DNA from: a virus
Lineage: Duplodnaviria > Caudoviricetes
Virus record (IMG/VR): IMGVR_UViG_3300045738_002091
Span: 1-57,301 of that record
Strand: one strand, 5' to 3'
DNA length: 57,301 bases
Shown here: positions 9,308-19,900 of the stretch, one piece after another
How positions within the stretch are numbered: the first letter of the stretch is position 1
Layout of the letters: the number at the start of each line of letters is the position of its first letter
The notes under the pieces: model-generated
The model's input: the letters and a program-made list of their open reading frames with translations, nothing else
Told to the model about the DNA's origin: nothing
Databases searched by the model: none
Made by a program: the position numbers and the translations under genes

Positions 9308-10467
9308 TATCCTTCTTCTATTTTCTTGACAGCAGGAAACCCGCCAAATGGCAAGCATCCATAATGAGTGCCATCGGCTCCATTAATCGGCTCCGTCCTT
9401 GGAAATTTTGCTATGTCTTTTCTATAGGCATCATTCCATCTTAATTTACATCCACGTTGGCTTTTTGAACAAGCGTCTTGAAGCCAATATTCTACATGAG
9501 GAGGCGATAAATTAGCGGGAACAACTTGTCTGGCGACAAAATAATATTTAACACCATTTTTTTCTATGTATACCCAATCTCCGGAAGGATATTCTGTTCC
9601 CAATTGATACTTTTTTGGCGTTTGGTGTACACGCCCTATATAATCAGGCACTAATTCAGTGATTAAGATATCTTCGTCTGTCGCAATCGGATGTGCGATG
9701 GGGGGTAATGATAATGATCTTATATTATCTGTTCCGAATGCTTTTTCAGAAGTCTTTCTATCTTTCGAATCGTTAGGATTAAAAAGATGACTAAATTCAT
9801 AAAGACAGCCTTCCCCCCTGTATTGCCATTGACAACTTCTGGTAATTATAACTCTGGACGGTAGTTGTTTATTCTCAAAATCGACGAAAGAAGAAAGCTC
9901 AAATTCTACCTCGGTAGAACTTTCTGACGTTTTTCTTTCTACAAAGAAAATTTCTCTTGGGAATTCCGCATGAGGATCTGGCTCAAAACCTTCTGGCATA
10001 TCCTGATCCCCCTTGTTAAAATTCTCTTTATCCAAGTATTTGGCAAATGTTCTGACTCTTGTTACTTTCGCACCACAAAGATCATCCAGTTGTCTCATCA
10101 TAACCTTTATGTCTCTAAATTCTTTTATGTCTTCTTCATTCGCTCTAAAAACCATTCTCGGAGATGGGGCAGTTCCTCTCGTTGTGGATTCGAATCCCGT
10201 AACCATAATGGGCATTGAAATATATTCTTCTCCTCTCCATCTAATTCTTTGCCTAAGTAGTTTTACGTTACTATGAAACCTAAAAATCCTTTGATTGCTT
10301 GCGACAGGTAAGTTTTGATCTTCTATAAGATCTTCTAGATCTATTTCAAAAAGGGTTACAACTTCAGAGGGATTAATGCTCTGAGATTGACTACTTATTT
10401 TTCTATAAGAATCAAGCTTCTTTGAGATCTCGATAGGGTTATCGTCGTAATCACTTAGTTTTGGCAT
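9307..10467 (-). CDS. Minor tail protein, lambda gpL-like
   Basis: LFEIDL, Y..MPI..TGFE, L.GAKVTRVRTFAKYLD..NF, VEFELSS, LP.R.I...CQWQYRGEGC, D.CSKS..GCKLR, LPFGGFP. The four conserved Cys (Fe-S ligands in lambda gpL) are present. Confidence 0.95.
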   Translation of the reverse strand: MPKLSDYDDNPIEISKKLDSYRKISSQSQSINPSEVVTLFEIDLEDLIEDQNLPVASNQRIFRFHSNVKLLRQRIRWRGEEYISMPIMVTGFESTTRGTAPSPRMVFRANEEDIKEFRDIKVMMRQLDDLCGAKVTRVRTFAKYLDKENFNKGDQDMPEGFEPDPHAEFPREIFFVERKTSESSTEVEFELSSFVDFENKQLPSRVIITRSCQWQYRGEGCLYEFSHLFNPNDSKDRKTSEKAFGTDNIRSLSLPPIAHPIATDEDILITELVPDYIGRVHQTPKKYQLGTEYPSGDWVYIEKNGVKYYFVARQVVPANLSPPHVEYWLQDACSKSQRGCKLRWNDAYRKDIAKFPRTEPINGADGTHYGCLPFGGFPAVKKIEEG

Positions 10468-10468
10468 G

Positions 10469-11011
10469 TTATATCACTACCTCCTCGAACGTTGCTCTAA
10501 CGTTGTTGTTATCATAAAATGCCATAGAAAAACTCCATCTTCTCGCAACAAACAATTTCTCTGACGAATATGGAGAAGGGGCAACAAAGATAAAAGATTC
10601 CCGCGCCTTTCTAACGGAAAGAAAATGGGAAATTGCCCTTGCTTCTTGGTTGTCTCTGGAATCAAAAGAAACTGAGACGCTAATTAAATTACTGTTAATT
10701 CCGTCAGTAATTCTTTGTTCATACCCATCTCCAAATTTAAGCCTAAGGACCCTTGGTGCTGATTCAACTGACACATTATAAGAGGGATTCCATATGAATT
10801 CAGGCTTGTTTTTGAGGGTTCGAGTATCATATTTAACTCCTCCCCATTCCGTATTAAACAGGCTCGGAGCGCTTGTGGTTACTCCATTCACTCTAGAATA
10901 CCAATAAAATCGTTTCCTATCAGATCCGCTACCTAATTTATAATGGACGATATCGTCTAATCTATATGTCGTGGTTGATTTCCACTCGGGGATGTCATAA
11001 ATATTGGCCAT
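10469..11011 (-). CDS. Minor tail protein, lambda gpM-like (distal tail), with an N-terminal extension
   Basis: Start reassigned to ATG 11011. FIWNPSY...PRV...KFGDGYEQR..DGIN...F..R...EA.AI..FL...ATFEEV. Confidence 0.92.
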   Translation of the reverse strand: MANIYDIPEWKSTTTYRLDDIVHYKLGSGSDRKRFYWYSRVNGVTTSAPSLFNTEWGGVKYDTRTLKNKPEFIWNPSYNVSVESAPRVLRLKFGDGYEQRITDGINSNLISVSVSFDSRDNQEARAISHFLSVRKARESFIFVAPSPYSSEKLFVARRWSFSMAFYDNNNVRATFEEVVI

Positions 11012-11036
11012 AGTTCCTACCTTTTTCCTAGTGTAT

Positions 11037-11042
11037 TTACAC
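11037..11042 (-). promoter_or_regulatory. GTGTAA motif (putative late promoter) for the tail-tip operon
   Basis: The minus strand reads AGTGTAAATACACTAGGAAAAAGGTAGGAACT-ATG. The same hexamer precedes several other genes. Confidence 0.55.
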
Positions 11043-11072
11043 TTATTTGACAAAGGGACAGCAAAATACTCC

Positions 11073-11078
11073 GTGTAA
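11073..11078 (+). promoter_or_regulatory. GTGTAA motif (putative late promoter), 8 nt before ATG 11087
   Basis: CCGTGTAATAGTATAT-ATG, with no SD between motif and start. Confidence 0.55.
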
Positions 11079-11086
11079 TAGTATAT

Positions 11087-11995
11087 ATGGCTTTTTCGGT
11101 ATTGAATAGAGAGAATCAACAGATTTTTATAGGCTCGGAGCAGATTTTTGGGGTACAATCAGTATCGGCAAACTACAAAATTCCTGAAGTACCATTGGAA
11201 TTTGTCGGACTTGCGGGAGTTATACCAGTTCCTAACTCTCAACAAGTTGGTGATATTACATTTCAACTTTTAACCATAGATACTGACCCATTCATAAAGT
11301 GCATTTCAAAAGACAGCTTTAACGGGTACGTAATGGAAGATTCCAGTAGTTTTGATAAATATCATTATTCATTTAATTCCGGATATCTTCAAAGCTACAC
11401 TTCTTCATGTTCCGTAGGAGAAATACCTAAGGTTTCAGCGAGTTTCAGAGTGGTTGGGGATATGGGAACACTCGCAACCGGAGATATGGCTTCTGATGCT
11501 AAAATTGAAGTCAGAGATATAGTCAATTCCACAAAGACAGATCCTGTTTTCAGGATTCCAACGGCCTCCTCCATAGAAATAACTCTCGATGATTTTGAAA
11601 CTAATCTAGTACAAAATTTCAACCTGAGCGTAGTTATCCCAAGAAAAGATTACTACACATTGGGAAACAGGTCTCCATACCAAGTTGAGGTTGATTATCC
11701 CGTTATCGCGGAAGTAAATTTTACAATAGAAATCAATGATTACTCAGGGAATTCAATTAAGTCATACCCATGTAAACAAAAAATAAAGCAATTTGAAATA
11801 AAACTGAAGGCCCAAAAAACACATGAACTTATAACACAATTCGCATTTTCTGGAGCGACCTTAGTAGGCGAATCCTATTCTTCAGATACGGAAGAGAATG
11901 CTAAAATTACCGCGACCTATAGATGTTACATATCTGACTTAATAACCCTGAGTGACAATTTAAATACTCCAGAATTAAAAACTCAGACTTATTGA
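11087..11995 (+). CDS. Putative tail-tube/baseplate-hub-like structural protein (paralog 1)
   Basis: Two internal beta-rich units (IFGVQSVSANY...FNSGYLQSYTSSCSVGEIP.VSASF; LVQNFNLSV...YYTLG..SP...FSGATLVGESYS) typical of the tail-tube fold. Adjacent to tail genes. Confidence 0.55.
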   Translation: MAFSVLNRENQQIFIGSEQIFGVQSVSANYKIPEVPLEFVGLAGVIPVPNSQQVGDITFQLLTIDTDPFIKCISKDSFNGYVMEDSSSFDKYHYSFNSGYLQSYTSSCSVGEIPKVSASFRVVGDMGTLATGDMASDAKIEVRDIVNSTKTDPVFRIPTASSIEITLDDFETNLVQNFNLSVVIPRKDYYTLGNRSPYQVEVDYPVIAEVNFTIEINDYSGNSIKSYPCKQKIKQFEIKLKAQKTHELITQFAFSGATLVGESYSSDTEENAKITATYRCYISDLITLSDNLNTPELKTQTY

Positions 11996-12000
11996 ATCTA

Positions 12001-12006
12001 GTGTAA
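12001..12006 (+). promoter_or_regulatory. GTGTAA motif (putative late promoter) followed by an AGGAAAAAGG leader
   Basis: AGTGTAAAATTAAGAGGAAAAAGGTTTAAGG-ATG; same layout as upstream of the gpM-like gene. Confidence 0.55.
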
Positions 12007-12030
12007 AATTAAGAGGAAAAAGGTTTAAGG

Positions 12031-12870
12031 ATGCTTTATTTTAACAATTGCGACATTCAGGTCAATGGCACAGGACTAATGGCTCAAAATGCTCACTTAG
12101 CATCTTCTAACTCACTGAGAAGCATAAAGCCCATTGGAAGATCGAAAGGGTTAGAGACTAGTCCGGAAGGGCCAGTCACTAATAACTTTTCTGCCACGTA
12201 TTGGATAAATATTGACAAAGATCCCTGTTATCAAGAAGTTCTGAAGCTAAAAGATTTATTCGTATCCAAGTCTGAATTTGATCTAGCCCAACCACAAGTC
12301 ATTGAAGTAGCTGGATTGTCGGGGGCTTTTTATATGAATTCTTATAGCATTTCAATAAAGTCCAATGCCGCAATACAAGCTAGAGTTTCATATAAGGGAT
12401 TTGAAGAAATGAGTGGAAACGTATCTCCAAGAGATGAAGTATTGGAATATGTAGATAGCTTTAGTGGGTTGGCCCATTCTTGGACTACGTTCATTGAGTC
12501 TGATGCTGGGAGCTTAGATATCCCTATTCTTGAGTTTGATTATAATTTTGCTTCTAGAATGACCCCGGTTTATGCCCTTGGGGCAAAAACCCCAGTACAG
12601 GTCCTATTTACTAATTTTGAAGAGACCATAAAAATGCAAAAAGACATAGAAAGACAAATTAAATTTTACGGAGAAAGTGGCTGTGCTCTCTTCGATTCAT
12701 GTGCAAATGACCCTAAGGTAAAAATATTTAAATTAGGTTATTTATGTGATGATTCTTTAACTGACGCTATGGAGTTTGGTGTATCAGGATATCGAATTAA
12801 TTCAAATTCAATAACTGTTGACACAAATGATTTTGTTAAATCTGAATTTACAATAACCAAAACAAGCTAA
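12031..12870 (+). CDS. Putative tail-tube-like structural protein (paralog 2)
   Basis: FNNCDIQVNGTG...AGLSG.FYMNSYSISI...ARVSY..F and FDYNF...PVYALG.KTP.QV, aligning by eye with the neighbouring paralogs. Confidence 0.5.
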   Translation: MLYFNNCDIQVNGTGLMAQNAHLASSNSLRSIKPIGRSKGLETSPEGPVTNNFSATYWINIDKDPCYQEVLKLKDLFVSKSEFDLAQPQVIEVAGLSGAFYMNSYSISIKSNAAIQARVSYKGFEEMSGNVSPRDEVLEYVDSFSGLAHSWTTFIESDAGSLDIPILEFDYNFASRMTPVYALGAKTPVQVLFTNFEETIKMQKDIERQIKFYGESGCALFDSCANDPKVKIFKLGYLCDDSLTDAMEFGVSGYRINSNSITVDTNDFVKSEFTITKTS

Positions 12871-13967
12871 TGTTCCATTCGTATAAAAATTGTAAAATTC
12901 ACCTGAATAATTCAGGGATTATTGCTGATTCAGTTGACTTTCAAATTAGCGCACAGACTTCTCCTGTTTATCATGCGGAAAAAAAATACGCCCAAGGAAG
13001 TTCTGCGGCTCGGGGAGCAGTGGGTGGAAAAGTTAACATCGGCTATTTCATTACCGGAGATGACCCATTGCGAGAATTTATATATTCAGAAGTTTCCGGA
13101 ATCTCAGGAAATTTTGCGGGATTGACTTTTGGAAGCGGCTATTTGACTTCTTATTCTTTAGAGCTTACCCCAAATAGTTCTGCTCATGTTTCGGCTGAAA
13201 TAGATTTTTTTGATCAACTAACAGGAACTTTTGACCCTGCAACAGAAGAACTGGATTCTGTTGAGCCACTCAACGCTTCTGAGATAACATTGAATGGAAC
13301 TGGGTTTGGGGATCTATCAAACGTTATGCGAGCATCATTAAATTACAAAAATGACGTAAAGGCCAGTTACCATATTACTTTAGAAGAAGGAAAGACCAAT
13401 ATAAAACCTAATCGCATAGTATTTGGAAAAAAACAGTTGGTCTCATCATTGGTATTTGATTCCGTAGATGGCAATTTAGGACTTTATGGTAATTATGGAA
13501 CTTTGACTTTCGGCTTAAAAGATAGAGACGGCAACCTACAATCAGAATATTCAGTAAAGGGAAGAATCCAATCAAAAGGAATAGGAGCTAGTTCAGAAGG
13601 CTTTGCTAAATGTTCACTAAAAATTACGCAAGACGCCCCAAGTGAAAACGTAACAATAACAGATTTTCACCCGGAGTCAGGTGTTCCGGGAGATAAAATT
13701 GTTGTCTCTGGTACTAATTTCCATTTCAATCCAATTCTTTATTTAGAAAAGTATGAACTTAAACCTCTGGAATATATAAGTCAAACTGAATTAAGATTTA
13801 CAACCCCAAATGCACCAATCCCAAGTGGAAATTTGCTTGTGGTTAGGACAGATTTGCCTGTCGAGGAATCATTTAGAACAGAAAATTTTTATTGGCAAGA
13901 ATCCGGAGGGAATTTTAAAGTTATATATAATGACCCATCGATAGGCGCGACTTTCGCAATAGTGTAA
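12870..13967 (+). CDS. Putative tail-tube-like structural protein (paralog 3) with a C-terminal IPT/TIG domain
   Basis: YKNCKIHLNNSG...FAGLTFGSGYLTSYSLEL...VSAEIDFF; C-terminal ITDFHPESGVPGDKIVVSGTNF...ELRFTTP (IPT/TIG). Confidence 0.55.
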   Translation: MFHSYKNCKIHLNNSGIIADSVDFQISAQTSPVYHAEKKYAQGSSAARGAVGGKVNIGYFITGDDPLREFIYSEVSGISGNFAGLTFGSGYLTSYSLELTPNSSAHVSAEIDFFDQLTGTFDPATEELDSVEPLNASEITLNGTGFGDLSNVMRASLNYKNDVKASYHITLEEGKTNIKPNRIVFGKKQLVSSLVFDSVDGNLGLYGNYGTLTFGLKDRDGNLQSEYSVKGRIQSKGIGASSEGFAKCSLKITQDAPSENVTITDFHPESGVPGDKIVVSGTNFHFNPILYLEKYELKPLEYISQTELRFTTPNAPIPSGNLLVVRTDLPVEESFRTENFYWQESGGNFKVIYNDPSIGATFAIV

Positions 13968-13968
13968 A

Positions 13969-16900
13969 ATGGCTTACAAACACGTTACAACAGGCTCAAT
14001 AGGAGAATCGATTATCGTTTCGGGAGAAAACCTTTCATCGGTTAATAAAGTCTTTTATTCACAACAGCCAGCTTATGCTGAGGGGGCTAGATTTTTTGGA
14101 ATTGATTTTGAATTTCTTGAATCAATTGTTCCCGATAGCGTTCAATGGGGACCGATTACTATTGTCGCAGATATCATAGCCAAATCCGGAACTTCTGATT
14201 TCGATTTTGTCCCCAATCCGGAAATTATAAGCCTAGACGATTATTCTCCATCGGCAAGCGTAACAATAGGAGTGTCTGGTCGGGCTTTGTCCGGTGTTAC
14301 TGGAGCCTACTTCGGCATTGAAGAAGATGGGACACATCGCGACAGTAATCTGACAGGGATAGTTTTATCAGGTTCAGTAACATCCATAGGAGAACTTCCG
14401 ATAATTGTTCCTACTGGTAATATTTCAGGAATGTTTAAAATAGTAGGACAATCGGGTCTCTATGATGTTTCTGATAAACTATCTGTATCAGCAAAAATAA
14501 CAGGAATTAATCCAACATCTGGGTACGAAGCAGACCAAGTTGTTTTGTCGGGTGTAAATTTTATTCCCGAAGCTCTATATCTGAGTGGAGCCGACTATTA
14601 CGAGGTCAGCTTTGGAAATGGAGTACGTGGGAGCTTCAAGATAGACTCAACAAACGTATTAACTGGACATGTTCCTTACCATGCTGATTCTGGCATGGTT
14701 AATTTGGTAAATTCAAATAACGGATTACATACTGGAGGAATAGATTTTAATGTCCTTATAAGTCCACCAACCGTTATATCTTCGGAACCTGAGTCAGGCG
14801 TTCCGGCGGGATATTCCCTTACCGACGCCTTTTCGATATTTGGATCTAATTTTGTAGATATAACAGGAGTCTATTCGTACCCAAGTTACGAAACTTCTTT
14901 TGATATAAATACAGCAAATAATTTAATTGATCCTTTCCAATTAAATTTTAATCTTCAAAATAGAAACCAACTCCAAATAAGCGCCCCTTCTGGAACTGGT
15001 TATCAGAATTTAGTAATACAAACCGAGCATGGAACTGGTCAAGGAGAAGAAGTCTTCTTTTTGAAATATGCTCCAGTTGTTTCTGGATTTGGGCCTAGAT
15101 CGTTAGTGGCAGGGGATGATATCTATATTACGGGAAGTGGATTTTTTACAGACCATTTACTAGTTTACTTTAGTGGGCTAGGTCCAGAGGAACAATTTAA
15201 AACAAAAATTTTCGTTGATATTCAAAGCGTCATAGGCGATGCGAGAGACACTTCGCCTCCAAATACGCAACAGGTCATGACAGTCACAAACCCCGGACTT
15301 TCATCCTCTACTTCTTATAAATTAATAGTCGAAAATGGAGTAGGAATAGGGGTATCTTCTTTATCAGCAAGTTTCTTAGGGCATCCAAAAATAGACACAA
15401 TTACTCCTACTTCTGGCAGACATGGAGATACAATAACACTTAGTGGCGAATCGCTAGGGGGTAATGTAGACAATCTAAAGCACGGCTTTGGAATAGACAT
15501 CCCTTATTTTTCTCCGATAGCTGGAGAAAGCGCAACTGGAATGACCTTTACGGTCCCCGACAAACAGACCTATCTAAGTAATGATTTATTCTATGGTAAA
15601 CGTTATAACCGCATAATTGTTGGTAGCTCAGCCGGGTCGAGCACTTCAGAAGAATATTTTTTAACTATCCCAGATGATATAGTTTGTAGTGGCTTTATCC
15701 CAGAAGTTGTATTTCCTGCTGACGAAATTATAATTTCAGGAGGAAATCTAGAGCTAGTCAAAAATGTAATATTTTCGGGAGGTCTAAAAGATGGCGTTCG
15801 GCAAAGATCAATCGTACGGGTTAAAAACGATGGTATGGTCACGGAATTCCATCCGCTCGGTTCAGACAGCCCCAAAACAGGAATTTCAATTAGAGTTCCC
15901 GGAGATGTATCAGACGGAAAAATTATTTTATCAGGAATCTACTCTTCTTGTCAGACTACACAAGAACTCATCATCGATAAAGACCCCGCTGACATTACTA
16001 TTATATCCGGAAGCGGAGTATTCGGAGACAAGATTAGAGTAAGCGGAGAAAATCTGCATGGACAAGCACTTTGGTTTCGTGGTTATAGAACTGGTACTAT
16101 TGACATTTCTAATCCGGTTGATGATCCGTTTGGTGAATTTATTGAACTGAATAAAGGTCCTCTTGAAGAGTTCATCCCGCCTTTATCAACTGAATACGTT
16201 ACTGACCCACACGGATTCGAAGTAGTTGACATAACAATTCCGGCAACGGTTCCAGAGTTTTCTGAGCTTTATGTTTCTCGCATAGGCATTTCATCCCCAT
16301 CTAGAAGGGATTTTAAAGCTCTAAGAACTGGGGTCTTTGTATTCCCTATTGTTAGTGGAATTTCCCATACAGAAATACACGTAGGAGATACTCTTTACGT
16401 TACGGGAGTAAATGCGATGGGCACTCTTGAAAATGCCGTAGGCATTTCTGGTACAGGTATTCCTAATCTATTCAGCGACATTTCAACTGACGCAAAGGAA
16501 ATTGAGTTTGTAAGTAAATATAATACAAAGATCACTCAACTCCCAGAACAAGATGGAGTACCTAGTTGGATGGACTTGGGTGGTTGGCATATACCAAATT
16601 GGCCAAAAGAATTATTTGATTCAGGCGATCCTCTCGCTCATAAATTCAATGCCAATATACGTAAACACGTACATGGATCTGGAGTAGTAGATACAACTCC
16701 CCCTACGGGAACTTATGTAATACCGATAGAAGTAGGAGACAATTTTGTCGGAACTGGTTTTATATTTTTATTCTTTGATGAGCATAAAGTTCATAAACAA
16801 GATGAAGGCGCTACGGCCACTTCTACTGACGTAGGCTATAAAACTCTTCATTGGGGGCACAATAAGATAGTAGAAAGAGGTCCAGATTCAGTTTCGTTTA

Positions 16901-19900
16901 AAGGAAAAACCTATCAAGGAAGGCGTTTCGACGATTTCGATTTTGATGGTGATGGAAAAAATGATACGTTTTTATGGAGTGGATATACCCATGAAACTAA
17001 CTATGAGAACAGGGGCGAAGAATACTCCCCTTTCTGGACAGGATTTAGTGGAAGTTATAACGATGAGCGTTTTGGAGACATTCTTTATACGAAGCATCCC
17101 CTTGTCATCCTGCCAGAGATAATTGAAATAACGGGAATAAGTCCCTCAGGTGGATTTCCGGGAGAATCACTCTCAATTTTTGGTTCTGGATTTAAGAATG
17201 CTACAGAAGTCTTTATTACTTTAGATGACGTTGGAGAGGATCATGATCTTCAAGTTAAAAAAGAGTTAACCGTAATCAATAAAGAATACGAATATATTAG
17301 TACTAAAATACCTTCTGTAGATTGGCAAACCAATCAAGAAAGAAAATCCGGATATATAACAGTCAAAACGAGATACAGCACTGCGAATTCCAGCGGATTG
17401 GAAAGTGGGCATGTTACAATCGAAAGACCGCCAGATTTTACTGGATTCTATCCAGATTACGGAATAGAGGGAGAAACAGTATTTTACATAGGAGGAACTA
17501 ACCTTAAATACATAAATAGTCTTTGGCTTAGGTCAAATACCGATTACGAAACAGTAGACGTAACTTATTGGGGGTTCGAAAACCGTGAAAATGACACTAT
17601 AGGAATATCAGGTCTTACTCCTCAGGGCATGTTGCCACTTCCTGATGATTTTACAATTTTCGGTTCAGCCACCGACTCGGCCTCAACCACTTCCGTAGGC
17701 CCCTATACAGTTGTAGTGGGAGATCTAACTGTTCATGGAAGTTTATACGTAGCCGAAAGTGCATACATCCAAGAAGACCTTGTAGTTTCTGGAAATACTT
17801 TTGCTTATCAAGATTTAGATGTATCCGGTGAATATTTGTTGGACGGGATTCCATTTGATGCGGGATCACTAATTAAAAGATTACCAAGAGAAAACAAAAT
17901 ACTTCATTTATCAGCCGAAAATAAATTCAGCTATATTGGAACAGGCGCTACTTGGAACGATATATCAAAATCCAAGAATGACGCTACTCTTATTAATTCT
18001 CCCACTTTTGGTGTTAACGAACTTGAGTTTAATGGGGTAGATCAATATGTAACCCTTCCCATGATAGAGCCGTTAAAGGTTCAGGATTTTACCATCGGTA
18101 TATTTTTTAAGCCAAACGAGGTTGGGGGAACAATCGCTACTCCAATTATTGCAGCGCCAAACCTAATACCAACTGAACTTGTTAGTTACGACATAAGTTA
18201 TGATTCAAATCGAAGATTTTTCTCGAATATAACATTTACAGACGAAACTTCTTCAACTGTATTTACTGATCAGGTAGATACGGGCTCTTATCACGTTGTC
18301 CATGCTACATGGGATGGAACAATTCATAAGATCTTCATAAGTGGCGAAGAGGCTAATTCTAATACTCCTGCGGCTGGAAAAATTATTTCTTATACTGACA
18401 CATCTTTAAATATATTAACAAATAGAACCGCTAGTCAATTCGTAGAAGGCGACCTTAGAGATATTCACATGTACTCTGGGGCTTTAAGTGGTAATGAAAT
18501 TTATGATATATATTCTAATTTAAATAATGTTTTTATATACGATAGAGACTTAGTTATTTCAGGTGGGAAAATCAAAATATATGAGCAAGATAATCCATCC
18601 AATTTTGGAATTTACGAAGATAATTTTATTAGCTTGAGTGGTGAGAATGCTGGAATAAGTATTAATGGCCACCTGTTAGATCCTCAATCGGAAAGATACA
18701 AATGGGAAAATGTAACCATTGGCGACAAGATTGACTTTGTAAGTTCACAGGGAACCGGAACATCAACAAGCATTACGGGAACAACCGATCATACTTTAGT
18801 AGGCTCGGTGCTCTTGGAAATGCAAGACGCCGGTCAATGGAGAAATGTAAAAGTTGTATTTGGAACATTGTTGTTCCCCGGCCTAAATAGCATCAAAGAC
18901 TTCGAAGTAAGGATCGGGTCAGATGTAATGGATTGGCCTTATAAATTTTCAGGGATAGATACTACAATTTCAACTGATTCAACAGATGTCACATTCATAG
19001 CTGAAGGTTTACCAGTCGGTTACATTGCAGAAAGCCCTCTCCTTTTAGACGTGTATGCTCGACCAACGACGTTTGAATGGCTTGGTGATCTTACCCAATA
19101 CAGAACCATTTACGGCGCGGGAGTCTATGGAACTGGAAGCGGCGTTGGAGTGTGGAATATCACCACAGAAGGAAACGTCGAGTTAGCCTTCCAACCGAAT
19201 ACGGGAGAAGGGAGCATAATCGGCACGGCAATTTATACGGGTGATGGAATTTCAGATTCGTTCCAGCTTGAATATACGGAAGGTGACACAGAACGAATAT
19301 TTGTTAGCTTAGACGGTATAGAATTAGTTCCTGAAATAGATTTTACAATTGTTGACCTGACAGGGGTTAAAATTAATAGCGCACCAAGCGCTGGAGAAGA
19401 AGTTTTTCTTAGGCAAATTTCTAATTCAATTGTCGTTCAACCGACGACTAACATTGTTAATTTCGGTGATATTTCTGGCTTAACCCTTTCTGATCTTTCA
19501 ACCGGAACTCAGATGCATTTTTCTGGTGAAATTTCTTCACTAGATGTCGAAAATTACAATATTTATGATAGTAACGTAAGTATTACTGGCGGTGGACAAA
19601 CGATCCATAACGAATTCTCAGGAATCACCGTAAATATTGACAACAATGCAACTGCAACAGCAGTTAATGTATTCACTGAACCGGGTGGCGACTCGACGAT
19701 GACATCGACGAACGCAAATGTAGTAGTCGCAAATGAAGGTGTCACTTCTTACATAACAAATTTGAATACTGCTTATATATTTGCAGAAACCGGAGCAGGA
19801 AAAGTCTTTATAACAGGGGGACAAAACCTTCTTACTGGTAACGTATATATAACTGGTGGCGAGAACATTGTAAGTGGGGGACTTTCTACAGTTTCTATTA

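Noticed and set aside
11047-11052. Perfect TTGACA in the divergent tail intergenic region
   Set aside because: There is no acceptable -10 hexamer at 16-18 nt spacing.
7932-11158. Longer computed starts for gpI (8699), gpK (9358) and gpM (11158), and similarly for gmd, PHP and the GT9-like gene
   Set aside because: They create long overlaps with neighbours. Downstream ATGs give canonical stop/start coupling or short gaps and match family N-termini.
13962-13967. GTGTAA immediately before ATG 13969
   Set aside because: It is the last codon plus stop (GTG TAA) of the upstream gene and only 1 nt from the start, which fits neither spacing class. Probably coincidental.
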